Shown: positions 38,296 to 49,070 of the stretch, piece by piece
Layout of the letters: each line of letters opens with the position of its first letter
How positions within the stretch are numbered: position 1 is the stretch's first letter
DNA from: an uncultured Methanosarcinaceae archaeon
GTDB lineage: Archaea > Halobacteriota > Methanosarcinia > Methanosarcinales > Methanosarcinaceae
Assembly (NCBI GenBank): GCA_963727895.1
Contig: CAVSHT010000007.1
Location: 32,001 to 96,000 of the forward strand
Length of the DNA: 64,000 nt
Reading direction: 5' to 3'
Position numbers and translations under genes: made by a program
The notes under the pieces: model-generated
Databases searched by the model: none
Seen by the model: the letters and a program-made list of their open reading frames with translations, nothing else
Told to the model about the DNA's origin: nothing

Positions 38296-38986
38296 GGAAG
38301 AAAAACAGAAATTAAAGACGATTCCAGCTGATTTTTATCAAGAATCTGAAAAATATATCCGGGAGCTTGAAGAGGATATAAAGAAAATCAACAATTCCCG
38401 TTCTACTGAATTTAAGATTCTCCGTGACGAGCATGAAGGAGCTCTTTCAGCCCTTGAAACCATCTTCATGAAGCGGATAGGAAAAGTTATTGAAATGGCA
38501 ACATTTCAGTCTCATGCGGATAAACCTATTTCAAAGGATATCGAAAAGCTGCTTCCTGCTGAAAAAAAACTTTATGACCTTGTATTGGAAGGAATTAAAG
38601 CCGCAAAAACAGAATTATTAGGTCCTATTCTATATCCGGATTCCAAAAATATTGCAGTCTGGCCTGAAATTGCAACAGCGGAAAAGGGTTTTGCTGATTC
38701 AAGAAAAGAAACTGAGGCTAAAGAATCTGGGATTCCCTTTATTACAAATGGAGCGGAATCAAAAGTAGAGTTGGACAAAAAGCATATAAATGAGGAATAC
38801 GTTGTTGTTCGAATACTGAAGGATCTGCCGACCTTCACAGGCGCAGATGGTCGAAATTATACCGTTAGTGCCGAAGACGTCGTTGTTTTGCCGCAGCTTA
38901 ATGCTACAGGGCTGGTAAAACGAAACGCAACTAAACTTATTGCAGAACAGGAATCCGGAAAAGACTCATTTCCCGAAAAAAATTAA
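38261..38986 (+). CDS. GINS complex subunit (Gins51/GinA-like)
   Basis: Helical A domain 'IFMKRIGKVIEMA' plus B domain 'VVVRILKDLPTFTGADGRNY...VVVLPQLNA'; overlaps priS. Confidence 0.8.
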   Translation: MDIEKISQILLKEEKQKLKTIPADFYQESEKYIRELEEDIKKINNSRSTEFKILRDEHEGALSALETIFMKRIGKVIEMATFQSHADKPISKDIEKLLPAEKKLYDLVLEGIKAAKTELLGPILYPDSKNIAVWPEIATAEKGFADSRKETEAKESGIPFITNGAESKVELDKKHINEEYVVVRILKDLPTFTGADGRNYTVSAEDVVVLPQLNATGLVKRNATKLIAEQESGKDSFPEKN

Positions 38987-39420
38987 TAGCTTAATTAATT
39001 TCCTGAGATTTACGGCTTATTTTAGCTTGAAAAAAAGAAGGCAGATTTTTAGGAACACAATAAATACGAACTAAGGCGAGAAAGCGTATCAGTTAATAGT
39101 ATGAGTATATATATTTGTAACTATATCTGTGTAGCTTACCTTGTTAATGTGCGCAAGCTTTTTAAAAAAGCTTGAGCAAAAACTGATAATCTAATCTTTG
39201 ACCTCGATAGAAGGATACAAATCATGATATCGAAATATTAAGAGGTAAGAAATCTCAAGTTCATCAAATCAAAGGCTTTCCAAATATGATCTTCCCAGGA
39301 TCAAAACGCCATACATTACTTATATATGTAAAATGTTATGATTTAAAGTAAGCAATAGTATCTTTCGCAAAGGCGAGATAAGGTAAAATTGCAATACAAA
39401 TAACCATTAAAAAGGTGTAA

Positions 39421-39897
<477 letters not shown>

Positions 39898-39969
39898 TCG
39901 GATTGTTAAGAGCACTTTACAGCATTAGAGTAATAAGAAATAAAAAAGTAATATTAAGAAGTGGTGCGA

Positions 39970-40776
39970 ATGGGAAACGATAACTGGCCCGAAGTCGGAG
40001 AGTTTGTTGTATGTACTGTAAAGACCGTGACGGATTTCGGAGCCTATGTCGAGCTTGAGGAATTCGGAGGAAGGGAAGGTTTTATCCACATATCCGAAAT
40101 TAAAGCAGGCTGGGTCAAGTACGTCAGGGACTACGTAAGGGAAGGGCAGAAAATAGTCTGCAAGGTTCTTAATGTGGACCCTTCCCGCGGCCACATAGAC
40201 CTTTCATTGAAAGACGTAAACGATCACCAGCGGCGCGCTAAAATCCAGGACTGGAAAAATGAGCAAAAGGCTACCAAGTGGCTCCAGTTCGTGGCTGAAG
40301 AAACGAATGCCGATGAAAGTGACCTGCAAGATTTACACGAAAAACTCGTTGAAGAGTTTGGAAGTGCATATTCCGCCTTTGAAGAAGCTGCTATTGAAGG
40401 GGAGAAACCCTTCAAAGGGATTAAAGTCAATAAAAAGTACTTAAAGAGCATAATCAAAATCGCAGGCGAAAATATCAAACTGCCTTTTGTAGACATCGCA
40501 GGCTATGTAGATCTGACCTGTAACCTTCCAAACGGTATAGAAGTTATAAGGCAGGCTCTCAGTGCTGCAAATTCTATGGATGAAGTTGATGGAAAAGATA
40601 TCAGGCTCGAAATAAGTTATACTGGGGCGCCAAGATATCGGATTAAGGTAATTGCCCCAGATTATAAGAAAGCCGAATCAGTCCTGAAAAAATCCGCTCA
40701 GACAGCAGTCGATACAATTGCTAAACTTGGTGGACATGGGATCTTTAAGCGGCATATCGAATCAGCAAAGGCGTGA
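39970..40776 (+). CDS. eif2a: Translation initiation factor 2 alpha subunit
   Basis: S1 domain 'WPEVGEFVVCTV..GFIHISEI..GHIDLSLK' and 'GAPRYRI'. Confidence 0.95.
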   Translation: MGNDNWPEVGEFVVCTVKTVTDFGAYVELEEFGGREGFIHISEIKAGWVKYVRDYVREGQKIVCKVLNVDPSRGHIDLSLKDVNDHQRRAKIQDWKNEQKATKWLQFVAEETNADESDLQDLHEKLVEEFGSAYSAFEEAAIEGEKPFKGIKVNKKYLKSIIKIAGENIKLPFVDIAGYVDLTCNLPNGIEVIRQALSAANSMDEVDGKDIRLEISYTGAPRYRIKVIAPDYKKAESVLKKSAQTAVDTIAKLGGHGIFKRHIESAKA

Positions 40777-40782
40777 TACCCT

Positions 40783-40938
40783 TTGGGACAAAAGATCCGC
40801 AAATGCAAAAATTGTGGCAGGTACACTTTAAGGGAAATTTGCCCGGTATGTGGGGAAAAAGCTTTCTCGCCACATCCGGCTCGCTTTTCTCCTCATGACC
40901 CTTATGGAAAATACCGCAGAATGGCAAAGAAAGGATAA
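40783..40938 (+). CDS. nop10: H/ACA RNP protein Nop10 (not in ORF track)
   Basis: TTG start; 'KIRKCKNCGRYTLREICPVCGEKAFSPHPARFSPHDPYGKYRR'. Confidence 0.92.
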   Translation: MGQKIRKCKNCGRYTLREICPVCGEKAFSPHPARFSPHDPYGKYRRMAKKG

Positions 40939-40947
40939 GGAATTGTT

Positions 40948-41721
40948 ATGCAGCAAAATACACTTGTCCGTCTGAAAGAAAATCTTGAGCTAAAAAAACC
41001 TATACTTGTAGTTGGACTTCCAGGAGTCGGACTTGTAGGCAAGCTAGTAGCCGAGCATCTAGTAGACGAGCTTGGGGCTGAGAAAATCATGGAAATTTAT
41101 TCGCCATATTTTCCTCCTCAGGTAATGGTCAATAAGGACTGTACGGTCCGACCAGTAAGCAATATAATATACTACGGGAAAGCAAAGGATAATGATATTC
41201 TTTTCCTTGTAGGAGATCATCAGAGTACAACTTCGCAGGGACATTACGAACTCTGTTCGCTTTATCTTGACATTGCAGAAGAATTCGGAGTAACTAGAAT
41301 TTACACGCTTGGAGGATATCCTACAGGCAAACTTACTTATGATGAAACAGTTCTGGGGGTCGCTAATAGTATGGAACTTATCGAAGAAATCAAAGAATAT
41401 GGAGTAGAATTCAGAGAATCCGAGCCCAGTGGAGGAATAGTTGGAGCTTCGGGTTTGCTTGTAGCTTTTAGCAAGATGCGAGGTATTGATGCTGTCTGCC
41501 TTATGGGTATGACTCCGGGATATATAATGGACCCAAAAAGTGCTCAATCCCTTTTAAAAATATTCTGCAATATTTTTGATATCGACGTGAATACCGAGTC
41601 CCTTGAGAAAAAAGCTGAGGAAATGGAGAGCATTCTGGAAAAGATAAAAGAAAAAGAAGAGCAGCAGCGCGCAATCCCGGAAATCAAACCTACCGAAGAA
41701 GATCTACGCTATATCGGATAA
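40948..41721 (+). CDS. Proteasome assembly chaperone (PAC2) family protein
   Basis: 'LVVGLPGVGLVGKLVAEHL', 'IYTLGG', 'IVGASGLL', C-terminal 'DLRYIG'. Confidence 0.9.
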   Translation: MQQNTLVRLKENLELKKPILVVGLPGVGLVGKLVAEHLVDELGAEKIMEIYSPYFPPQVMVNKDCTVRPVSNIIYYGKAKDNDILFLVGDHQSTTSQGHYELCSLYLDIAEEFGVTRIYTLGGYPTGKLTYDETVLGVANSMELIEEIKEYGVEFRESEPSGGIVGASGLLVAFSKMRGIDAVCLMGMTPGYIMDPKSAQSLLKIFCNIFDIDVNTESLEKKAEEMESILEKIKEKEEQQRAIPEIKPTEEDLRYIG

Positions 41722-41788
41722 TAGATAATAACTGGATTATTAAAAACGAAGCTCTAAAATTAGAAGAGCTTCTAATAAAGGGAATGAA

Positions 41789-43129
41789 ATGAAAGTCAAT
41801 ACAGATCTCCATCTCCATTCAAAATATTCTATGGCATCTTCCAGAAAAATGGAACTGCCTATGATTGCCAGGGAGGCTTCAAAAAAAGGGATGGAATTGA
41901 TCGGTACTGCCGACTGCACTCACCCAAAGTGGATTGAAGAAATCAAAAAAGTAGCTGTTTCTGATGAAGAAATCCGTATAGACGACATTTATTTCATTCC
42001 TACTACCGAGATCGAAGATATAAAACGTGTACATCATCTGCTTATTTTACCTTCAATCTCAAAAGCTGAAGAGCTGGCTGAACGCATCGCTCCTTTCGGC
42101 AACCTTGAAGCCGATGGACGTCCTAGTATCAGACTGGATGGCAGTGAAATTGCAGAAATTGCAAAGGATCTCGGAGCGTTAATTGGCCCCTGCCATGCCT
42201 TTACCCCGTGGACAGCACTTTATGGTTATCATGACAGTCTGAAAAGTTGTTATGGAGATATGACAGACTATATTTCTGTTCTGGAGCTCGGTCTTAGTGC
42301 AGACAGTGATTACGCTGACCGAATAGAAGATCTGCACCGTCTGACTTTTCTTTCGAATTCCGATGCTCATTCTCCTTCTACCAATAAACTGGCAAGAGAA
42401 TTCACGCAGTTTGATGTTCCTGATCTTACCTTTGATGGCTTAAAAAAGGCTATTCTTAGAGAACAGGGATACAAAGCTACTCTGAATGTAGGTTTTTTTC
42501 CAGAAGAAGGAAAATACAACCGGTCAGCCTGTATTAAGTGTTTTGCACAATATACACTTACAGAAGCCATTAATTATAAATGGCGCTGTCCGATCTGCAA
42601 CGGTCTCATAAAAAAAGGTGTTTTTGACCTTATCAATGAGCTTGCAGATTTTAATGAACCAAAGCACCCTGAACACCGTCCTCCTTACCTTCACCTGATT
42701 CCTCTAGCTGAAATCATCCAGATGACACTTGGCCATTCAAGTGTTCAGACGAAAGGTGTGCAAATTGCCTGGAATAAACTGATAGAACGTTTTGGAAACG
42801 AGGTTGAAGCTCTTATTTATTCTGATCCTGAAGACCTGAAAATTGTGGGTGATGACAGGATAGTAAACGCAATCCTGGCTTTCAGAAAAGGTAATGTTAT
42901 AATTCATCCAGGTGGAGGAGGTCAGTATGGCTGGATTGAGCTGCCTGAAAACCTGAATGATGCCGAAAACCGAGACAATGGACAGCTTTCATTTGCAGAC
43001 CTTGAAAAGATAAAGCCCCAAAAAAAAAGTGGACTCGAAAAAAAGAGTGAAAAAAGACCTCGAAAGGATACAGAAAAAAAGGAAGAATTAGTCAACAGTG
43101 AAGGTCAGAGTTCACTTTTCGATTTTTAA
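41789..43129 (+). CDS. endoQ: PHP-domain TIGR00375 protein / endonuclease Q
   Basis: 'DLHLHSKYS', 'HAFTPW', 'ELGLSAD', 'SNSDAHS', 'EGKY..AC..C...CP.C', 'PGGGGQYG'. Confidence 0.85.
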   Translation: MKVNTDLHLHSKYSMASSRKMELPMIAREASKKGMELIGTADCTHPKWIEEIKKVAVSDEEIRIDDIYFIPTTEIEDIKRVHHLLILPSISKAEELAERIAPFGNLEADGRPSIRLDGSEIAEIAKDLGALIGPCHAFTPWTALYGYHDSLKSCYGDMTDYISVLELGLSADSDYADRIEDLHRLTFLSNSDAHSPSTNKLAREFTQFDVPDLTFDGLKKAILREQGYKATLNVGFFPEEGKYNRSACIKCFAQYTLTEAINYKWRCPICNGLIKKGVFDLINELADFNEPKHPEHRPPYLHLIPLAEIIQMTLGHSSVQTKGVQIAWNKLIERFGNEVEALIYSDPEDLKIVGDDRIVNAILAFRKGNVIIHPGGGGQYGWIELPENLNDAENRDNGQLSFADLEKIKPQKKSGLEKKSEKRPRKDTEKKEELVNSEGQSSLFDF

Positions 43130-43261
43130 AATTCAGAGTTTGGGAATAATAAGATATATAAGAAAGAAAGTATATTTATTAACTCTCGATCTAATTATAC
43201 GATACGTTACATCAAAAAAGTCCGACAATATACGAAAATTTTTCACACTTTTGAACAAAAT

Positions 43262-43345
43262 GCCCAGGTAGTCTAGTGGTAAGGCGACGGTCTCGAAAAC
43301 CGTTTCTTCTTTGGGAGAGCGCAGGTTCAAATCCTGCCCTGGGCG
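43262..43345 (+). tRNA. tRNA-Ser(CGA)
   Basis: GCCCAGG/CCTGGGC acceptor stem, ACGGT-CT-CGA-AA-ACCGT anticodon arm, long variable arm, GTTCAAAT, discriminator G. Confidence 0.92.
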
Positions 43346-43396
43346 CTAATCTTTGAGTTAATAGCTTAAAAAATTAAATTGATTTAGTATTTATTT

Positions 43397-44135
43397 GGCA
43401 TTGTTACTTAACTATATCTAGTTCTTTATTTCTGTATTTCATCAATAGAATAACCGAGTACTTTAGCATTTCAAGACTCTTCGTATAACACTTTGTCTTT
43501 CTTCTCAACCTTGCCAAAAAGTGCCTCAATATGCTGTTATATCCTTCAACAGTATACGTTTCTGCTTTTGATTGAGTATGGATCTTTTCTGGAAGAAACT
43601 CTGCATATGCTCTCCAGTGATCTGTCATCACTTCTCCAATCTCTTTTTTCTTCAATTTTTCCCAGAGTAATTTTCCAGTTTCCGTTCCTCTGATGCCAAA
43701 AGAGCAGTTGATGAACTTTTTCCCAACTCTATCAACAGCAATCCAGATCCAGCAATACTTTTTTTGTTACCGATGTACGTGTGCATTTCATCCATTTCAA
43801 CAATAGATATCTCATTTTCACTTTTTAGGTCCTCTAACTCCTGACCAAATTTCTTTATCCATCTTTGGACAGAAACATGACTTACCCCTAAAAATCGTCC
43901 TATTAAGCGAAAGCCCAATCCTTCAAGATAGAGTTGTAAAGCCTGTTTTTAACAGAGGTGGAAAAAGCAGTTGATTTTAGCTCTACTGTATAGTTATATC
44001 CACAATCATGGCATTTGTAGCGTTGACGACCACCAACTATACCATTCTTTTTGTGACTGGAACTATTGCATCTGGGGCAGTTAATGAAGAAATATATGTT
44101 ATAAGCATATATATCTATTTTTTATTACCAATGCC
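43397..44135 (-). mobile_element. IS1-family element copy 3 (defective)
   Basis: Ends GGCATTG / CAATGCC; insA start reads ATT and insA is frameshifted; no matching target duplication. Confidence 0.9.
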
Positions 44136-44243
44136 CAATCTTTTATTGAGATTCAAGTTATAGGAATCATTATCCATCTCACGCCACTCCATGAGATACG
44201 GAATTAAACAGTTGAATTTAATCCGCCTGAAGCGCAAAATCGT

Positions 44244-44315
44244 GCCGTCGTGGCTTAGCGGTATAGCGGCTGATTCGTAATCAGCAGGCCGAGGGTTCAA
44301 GTTCCTCCGGCGGCT
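44244..44315 (+). tRNA. tRNA-Thr(CGT)
   Basis: GCCGTCG/CGGCGGC acceptor stem, GCTGA-TT-CGT-AA-TCAGC anticodon arm, GTTCAAGT T-loop. Confidence 0.93.
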
Positions 44316-44955
44316 CTGTATTATTTTTGGTTCAAAGCCCATTTTCCGTAATTGTGAGTAAATGAAAGCATCGATATATAAACTGAATACTAAGAAATGT
44401 TTGAATTTATTGAAACTTTTAGATATTAAGACGTTCAGATATATCTAGTTAATCAAAAATTAATTCTGAATTTTGTAAATTTTTATTTTTTTGAAGGTTT
44501 TTTCATTAAATACTACCTATTTATTTCATTAAAAAAATAAAAAAATCTCAATAATCTATATTTACAGGAAAAATTATATTTCTATTACAAATTGAATATG
44601 AAGAACTGTAATAAGGTATAGAAAACTAAAATGTTTTTAAATCCCTTTAATTCAGTTTTAAGTGATAAATATAATACAAATAGAGTGTTTTTTGGCCTCA
44701 TCATTTTTTAAGTTTATTAATAAAGTTTTATAAAGCTTTAAACTCCATTTCTGATTTTTATTTGCATTTTTGAAAATAAGTATGTTTATACACTAATATT
44801 TCCCAATTAATTTCGATCCTATATACCACTTGATTAACAATCTTAAAATGAGGAAAATTAACGACATTTATGGAAACTCGAACGGGATTTCCTAATTTTT
44901 ATTTTGAATCCCCTTTGATTAGAGCCAAACGATCCCATTCCAAAATTACACATTT

Positions 44956-44987
44956 AAAGTGCAAGACTATGAAAGTGCAAGACTATG
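44956..44987. repeat. 16-bp direct tandem repeat upstream of the PKD gene
   Basis: AAAGTGCAAGACTATG x2. Confidence 0.8.
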
Positions 44988-45028
44988 TAAAAAATTTGTA
45001 ATGACGTTAGTTAAAAAAAGGAAGTACA

Positions 45029-45649
45029 ATGATGAAACGAACAGGAACTTTTATTCTATTAATTTTATTAATTTTAACGTTATGTACTGCCACCGCAGGT
45101 GCTTCATCTAGTACTGCGTGTAATGTAAAAATTGTCAAGTTTATAGTACATCCTGCAACTGGTACAGCACCGGCTAAAATTGGATTTACAACTTATATGT
45201 CAGGTACTGTTACACGTGTTACATACCAGGTATTGGATAAAACTGGAAAAGTAGTTGCTTCCTGCAGTTCCTACTGTGTACACTGCACGAAAAAACATAT
45301 CTGTACTTGTTCTCTTACTATAAAACAGGCTGGAACTTATAATGTAAAAGTAACTGCATATGGTACTGGAAGCTGTTCTGTAACACAACTTCATAAATCA
45401 GCCGTTACGATAAAGGCTCCAACACTCACTCCACGTTTTGCATGTGCAGTATCTGGTAAGAAAGTAACTTTCACAGACTCATCTATAGGAGAAACAACAA
45501 GAACCTGGAATTTCGGTGACGGTTCAAAATCAACTTCAAAAAATCCAACTCACACATATAAAAAGGCAGGAACCTATAAAGTTTGCTTGACTGCATGCAA
45601 TTCCGCAGGCACTTGTAAGTCTCTCTGCAAGAGTGTAACTGTAAAGTAA
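45029..45649 (+). CDS. Secreted Cys-rich PKD-domain protein
   Basis: Signal peptide; 'VTFTDSS...WNFGDGSKSTSKNPTHTYKKAGTYKVCLT'; 13 Cys. Confidence 0.85.
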   Translation: MMKRTGTFILLILLILTLCTATAGASSSTACNVKIVKFIVHPATGTAPAKIGFTTYMSGTVTRVTYQVLDKTGKVVASCSSYCVHCTKKHICTCSLTIKQAGTYNVKVTAYGTGSCSVTQLHKSAVTIKAPTLTPRFACAVSGKKVTFTDSSIGETTRTWNFGDGSKSTSKNPTHTYKKAGTYKVCLTACNSAGTCKSLCKSVTVK

Positions 45650-45813
45650 TAAAGGGATAACTCCCTTCCTATTTTTTAATGAATATTTTATTAACATATT
45701 GTGTGGTGATCCTGTCAAGTCTACGGAGCTAGACAATCTATAAATTCAAAATTAACTATAAAAATATCTTGGCATCTGTTTGCAAAAATTATGTCAAAAT
45801 TGCATTGTATTAA

Positions 45814-45875
45814 CTTAGCGGTATAACGGTTGATTCATTATCAGCAGGCAGGGGGTTCAAGTTTCTCCCACGTCT
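45814..45875 (+). pseudogene. Degenerate partial copy of tRNA-Thr(CGT)
   Basis: Ungapped alignment to 44254-44315 gives 52/62 identities; the 5' acceptor strand is missing and the anticodon position reads CAT. Confidence 0.85.
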
Positions 45876-46048
45876 ATTTTTTATAATCTTTTGCATGTAG
45901 ATGGATCAATAACTCAATAGTAAGATCCGGTTTTTAAGAAATGCACATGATATTCTTCCAATTACAGGAACAAATAAATGAAAGTACTTGAAAGCACTTT
46001 CATGCCAGAGAAAAAATAAAATTTTGCAAAATCAATTACGAGCTTATT

Positions 46049-46336
46049 TTATTGTTTAATTTTCAGGTCTGCCTGATAGCCTCTTGGGAAGCAGTCACTA
46101 TATCCTCTTTCGTAACCTCTACCATAATCAGTTTTAGTGACTGGTTTCCTCATAACCGCACCATAAGGCTTCTTGCTGTCGGCCTTTCCTTCTCTAAATC
46201 CATCCTTATAGCCGTCTCTACAACCGTCTTTAAATCCTTTGTTATATTCTTGTTGGTTTGCTGTTGCTACTGCAGCTGTTAATGAAACTACAAAGACGAC
46301 TAACAGCAAGACGGTTATTGCTTTTTTCATACTCAT
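46049..46336 (-). CDS. Small secreted protein with G-x-x-x-G repeats
   Basis: Signal peptide, then 'YNKGFKDGCRDGYKDGFREG' and 'YGRGYERGYSDCFPRGY'; GGGGA RBS. Confidence 0.75.
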   Translation of the reverse strand: MSMKKAITVLLLVVFVVSLTAAVATANQQEYNKGFKDGCRDGYKDGFREGKADSKKPYGAVMRKPVTKTDYGRGYERGYSDCFPRGYQADLKIKQ

Positions 46337-46411
46337 TTGTTGATTCCCCCGTTTATACTCACTTCATGAATTTACGGATGTTATATTTTTCTTCACGCAG
46401 TGTTGGCAGAC

Positions 46412-46570
46412 ATGTTCATTCTATCAATAAATTAGCTCAATGCTTACTTTTGATGAGAATGATAACAGCAGTATTTTTTATCCTCATTGATATGTTTATT
46501 CTATCAATAAATTAGTTCAATGCTTACTTTTGATGAGAATGATAACAGCAGTATTTTTTTATCCTCATTG
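46412..46570. repeat. ~80-bp near-perfect tandem duplication
   Basis: ATGTT(C/T)ATTCTATCAATAAATTAG(C/T)TCAATGC...ATCCTCATTG x2. Confidence 0.9.
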
Positions 46571-47084
46571 TTTTTATTCTCATTTTATGTGACGGAATTT
46601 GCCAACAGAAGTGATTTCAAACATACGCAATAAAATAATTATTATATATATTATAATTATATATTATAATACTAGCAGAAAACTAAATATTGAAAGGATT
46701 TTAATCATAATTTCTAACCAGACTTTTTTACAAAAAACTCACTATAATATTTACAATACTTATATTCTTCACATTTTTTCCTTTTAAAATGTATATATAT
46801 TTTTCATTGATTATCTAAATTTAGAACTTACATTCACCTCTGTTTGATTTCTGAGAAAAAATGATGAATTCTCCTACCTCTTACAGCAAAATTAAGAACA
46901 CATCCGTTAATAGTAAAACAGTTAATTTTTTATCGCCATTTTATGTCGGTTTATTTTTTCCTGTACATTGGATTAAATGTGTTTTTATGCACATTTCAAT
47001 TTAAAAACAACTACACTCATAAAAATTAATTTTAATTAAATAGAGAACATTGTCTAATGAATCAGAAAAATAAGTTAGTTTAGC

Positions 47085-47273
47085 TTATTGCCTTGGTACA
47101 GCAAACTTACTTTCAATATTAATCTGCTCATTTGCATACTGAACAGGTACATTTACAGCTGTAAATGAGGATATACCCCCACATTTTTTACAATAATAAA
47201 ACTTGTTTGATCCGATTACCTGTTTTTTGAGGAGTGTTCCACATCGAGTACACTCTATAGATAATTCGAGCAT
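47085..47273 (-). CDS. Small zinc-finger protein (2x CxxCG)
   Basis: 'CTRCG...YYCKKCG', 62 aa. Confidence 0.7.
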   Translation of the reverse strand: MLELSIECTRCGTLLKKQVIGSNKFYYCKKCGGISSFTAVNVPVQYANEQINIESKFAVPRQ

Positions 47274-47278
47274 ATTTT

Positions 47279-47416
47279 TTACTCCATGATTATTAACGGT
47301 TCAAGCTTTGCAGTTTCTTTCTTTGTCCAGTACCCACATACAGGGCAGTACTGATAATCCATATAGGTATCGTTTTCAAGTTCTGAGGTACACTTAGGAC
47401 ATTTTTTCAATAACAT
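47279..47416 (-). CDS. 45-aa CPxCG zinc-finger microprotein (not in ORF track)
   Basis: Strong RBS AGGAGGT; MLLKKCPKCTSELENDTYMDYQYCPVCGYWTKKETAKLEPLIIME*; ends 5 bp before the next Zn-finger gene. Confidence 0.78.
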   Translation of the reverse strand: MLLKKCPKCTSELENDTYMDYQYCPVCGYWTKKETAKLEPLIIME

Positions 47417-47645
47417 TTAACAACCTCCTGTTCTTTAAAAAAATATAAGAGTTCTAAAGGTCATAGGTGTCACAGAAGTTTTTAAAAAATTTCAGTATAT
47501 TAAGTGGTATGTATTAAGTGGTTCAGCCATTATAGATTTTCTTAATAGATTATCGAGAATCTCTTCTGTGTTTATGGCTGAACCATATGCCAGAGGCATA
47601 ATTTTATACTCAATTAGAATTCTGCATAATTTAACTGTAATTTTT

Positions 47646-47730
47646 TTGGGTTTTATTAGTTATTGGGTTTATCAGCTATTGGGTTTATCAGCTATTGGGT
47701 TTTATCAGCTATTGGGATTTATCAACTATT
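47646..47730. repeat. Minisatellite, about five 16-17-bp units
   Basis: TTGGG(T)TTTATCAGCTA repeated without unique spacers. Confidence 0.85.
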
Positions 47731-47842
47731 ATTTGGAAAGAGGTCGGTAAATATTTAATATCAGCTCCTTCTTTTTTGGATTTATCGGTGGTTATTTGAA
47801 AAGAAATGGTAGAGAGTTCCTACATACTCCCTCTGTCAAAGT

Positions 47843-48709
47843 TTATGCTTCAGTGCTGTTCTCTGCATTGTTTTTAGGCATATTTCCTGGATCCATTGGA
47901 CAATTGCCTACATGATGCATCATATCTCCATCTCCCATTCCGAACATTATATGGGAAGAAGACATTACTTTCTTAAGATCTTCTAGTGAATTTGCTCCTT
48001 TGACATCTTCTAATAGATTCTTGAGTTCTGTGGTCCTACTACTAAGGTTTTCACTCATGTTTTCATTGGTAGTGCTTTCTGTCTCGTTTCCCATTTTTTC
48101 AAGATGCTCTATTTCCATTTCGATTGAATCAGTAGCCTGGGTTTGTATTTGGGTGAATACAACATTCTTTAGTTCTTCTGCGCTGGAAGCTGAACTTATT
48201 TTACTGGAGAAGTTTTCAAGGTTAGTTATTTTTTCATTGAGTATCGTAGTCATATTTTCATCAGTTGTGTTATTCAGCTGACCATTAAGCATTTCAGTCA
48301 TATTCCCAATGTTACTGACCATTTCTTCCTGGACATCAGTGTAATTATCATCAGTTACGTTTTCAACCTTAGATATGTCACATAATCCGGACATTTTACC
48401 TGCCCCCATATTTATCCCATGAGGTATGTCTGCACATCTCTGATTGGCCAGAACTTTATGGAGTTCGGAGGCATTGGAAGCTTCGCTTACATTGCCATAG
48501 AAACCCTGAAGGTCAGTAATTTGTTCATTAATTAAATTCAGCATTTCTTTCTGAATAGTCGCAAAATTTTCGTTAGTTATGTTCTCTCCAGGAGCGAATA
48601 CAGGTTTGTTTTCCGAAGCAAAAGCTCCTGAAGGTAAAATAATGCATAATACTACCATTACCACTGCAAATCGGCAAATTGAGTTTAATACTGTTGTTTT
48701 TATTCTCAT
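47843..48709 (-). CDS. Secreted helical-repeat hypothetical protein
   Basis: Signal peptide; internal repeats 'ENITNENF..IQ.EM' / 'ENVTDDNY..VQ.EM' and 'AS.ASEL / ASSAEEL / ANSLEDL'; Met/His-rich tail. Confidence 0.75.
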   Translation of the reverse strand: MRIKTTVLNSICRFAVVMVVLCIILPSGAFASENKPVFAPGENITNENFATIQKEMLNLINEQITDLQGFYGNVSEASNASELHKVLANQRCADIPHGINMGAGKMSGLCDISKVENVTDDNYTDVQEEMVSNIGNMTEMLNGQLNNTTDENMTTILNEKITNLENFSSKISSASSAEELKNVVFTQIQTQATDSIEMEIEHLEKMGNETESTTNENMSENLSSRTTELKNLLEDVKGANSLEDLKKVMSSSHIMFGMGDGDMMHHVGNCPMDPGNMPKNNAENSTEA

Positions 48710-49070
48710 GGTTTCTTCCTTTCCTGATTTTTATTTCTGTTTTTTTCTTTTATTTCATTTTAGAGGGATCTTTTGTTTTTTACAAATTTTTTCAGTTTTT
48801 ATTGTTTCTCGGTCTTTCCTCTGCCTAGTTTTTCTAATACTTTATTTAGTCTATTTTTTCGTTTTTCTTTTTGTCTTCAGAAAATCAACTGTTGACATCC
48901 GTAACATGAACTGGAAAAAATATATATTTACTTCTCAATACAAAGGATTTAACTCGATTTAATTTTAAAAAGAAGCTTTATATATTCTTTTAAGTCTTAA
49001 CAAACCTTAAAAAAGATAATAGATACTTATTGGAATCCTTAAATGTCATATCTTCTACATAAAAACAAGT

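Noticed and set aside
45814..45875. Functional tRNA-Met/Ile (CAT)
   Set aside because: No acceptor stem; it is a decayed copy of tRNA-Thr.
47646..47730. CRISPR array
   Set aside because: The units are contiguous 16-17-mers with no unique spacers and no cas genes; it is a minisatellite. The larger tandem duplications also lack spacers.
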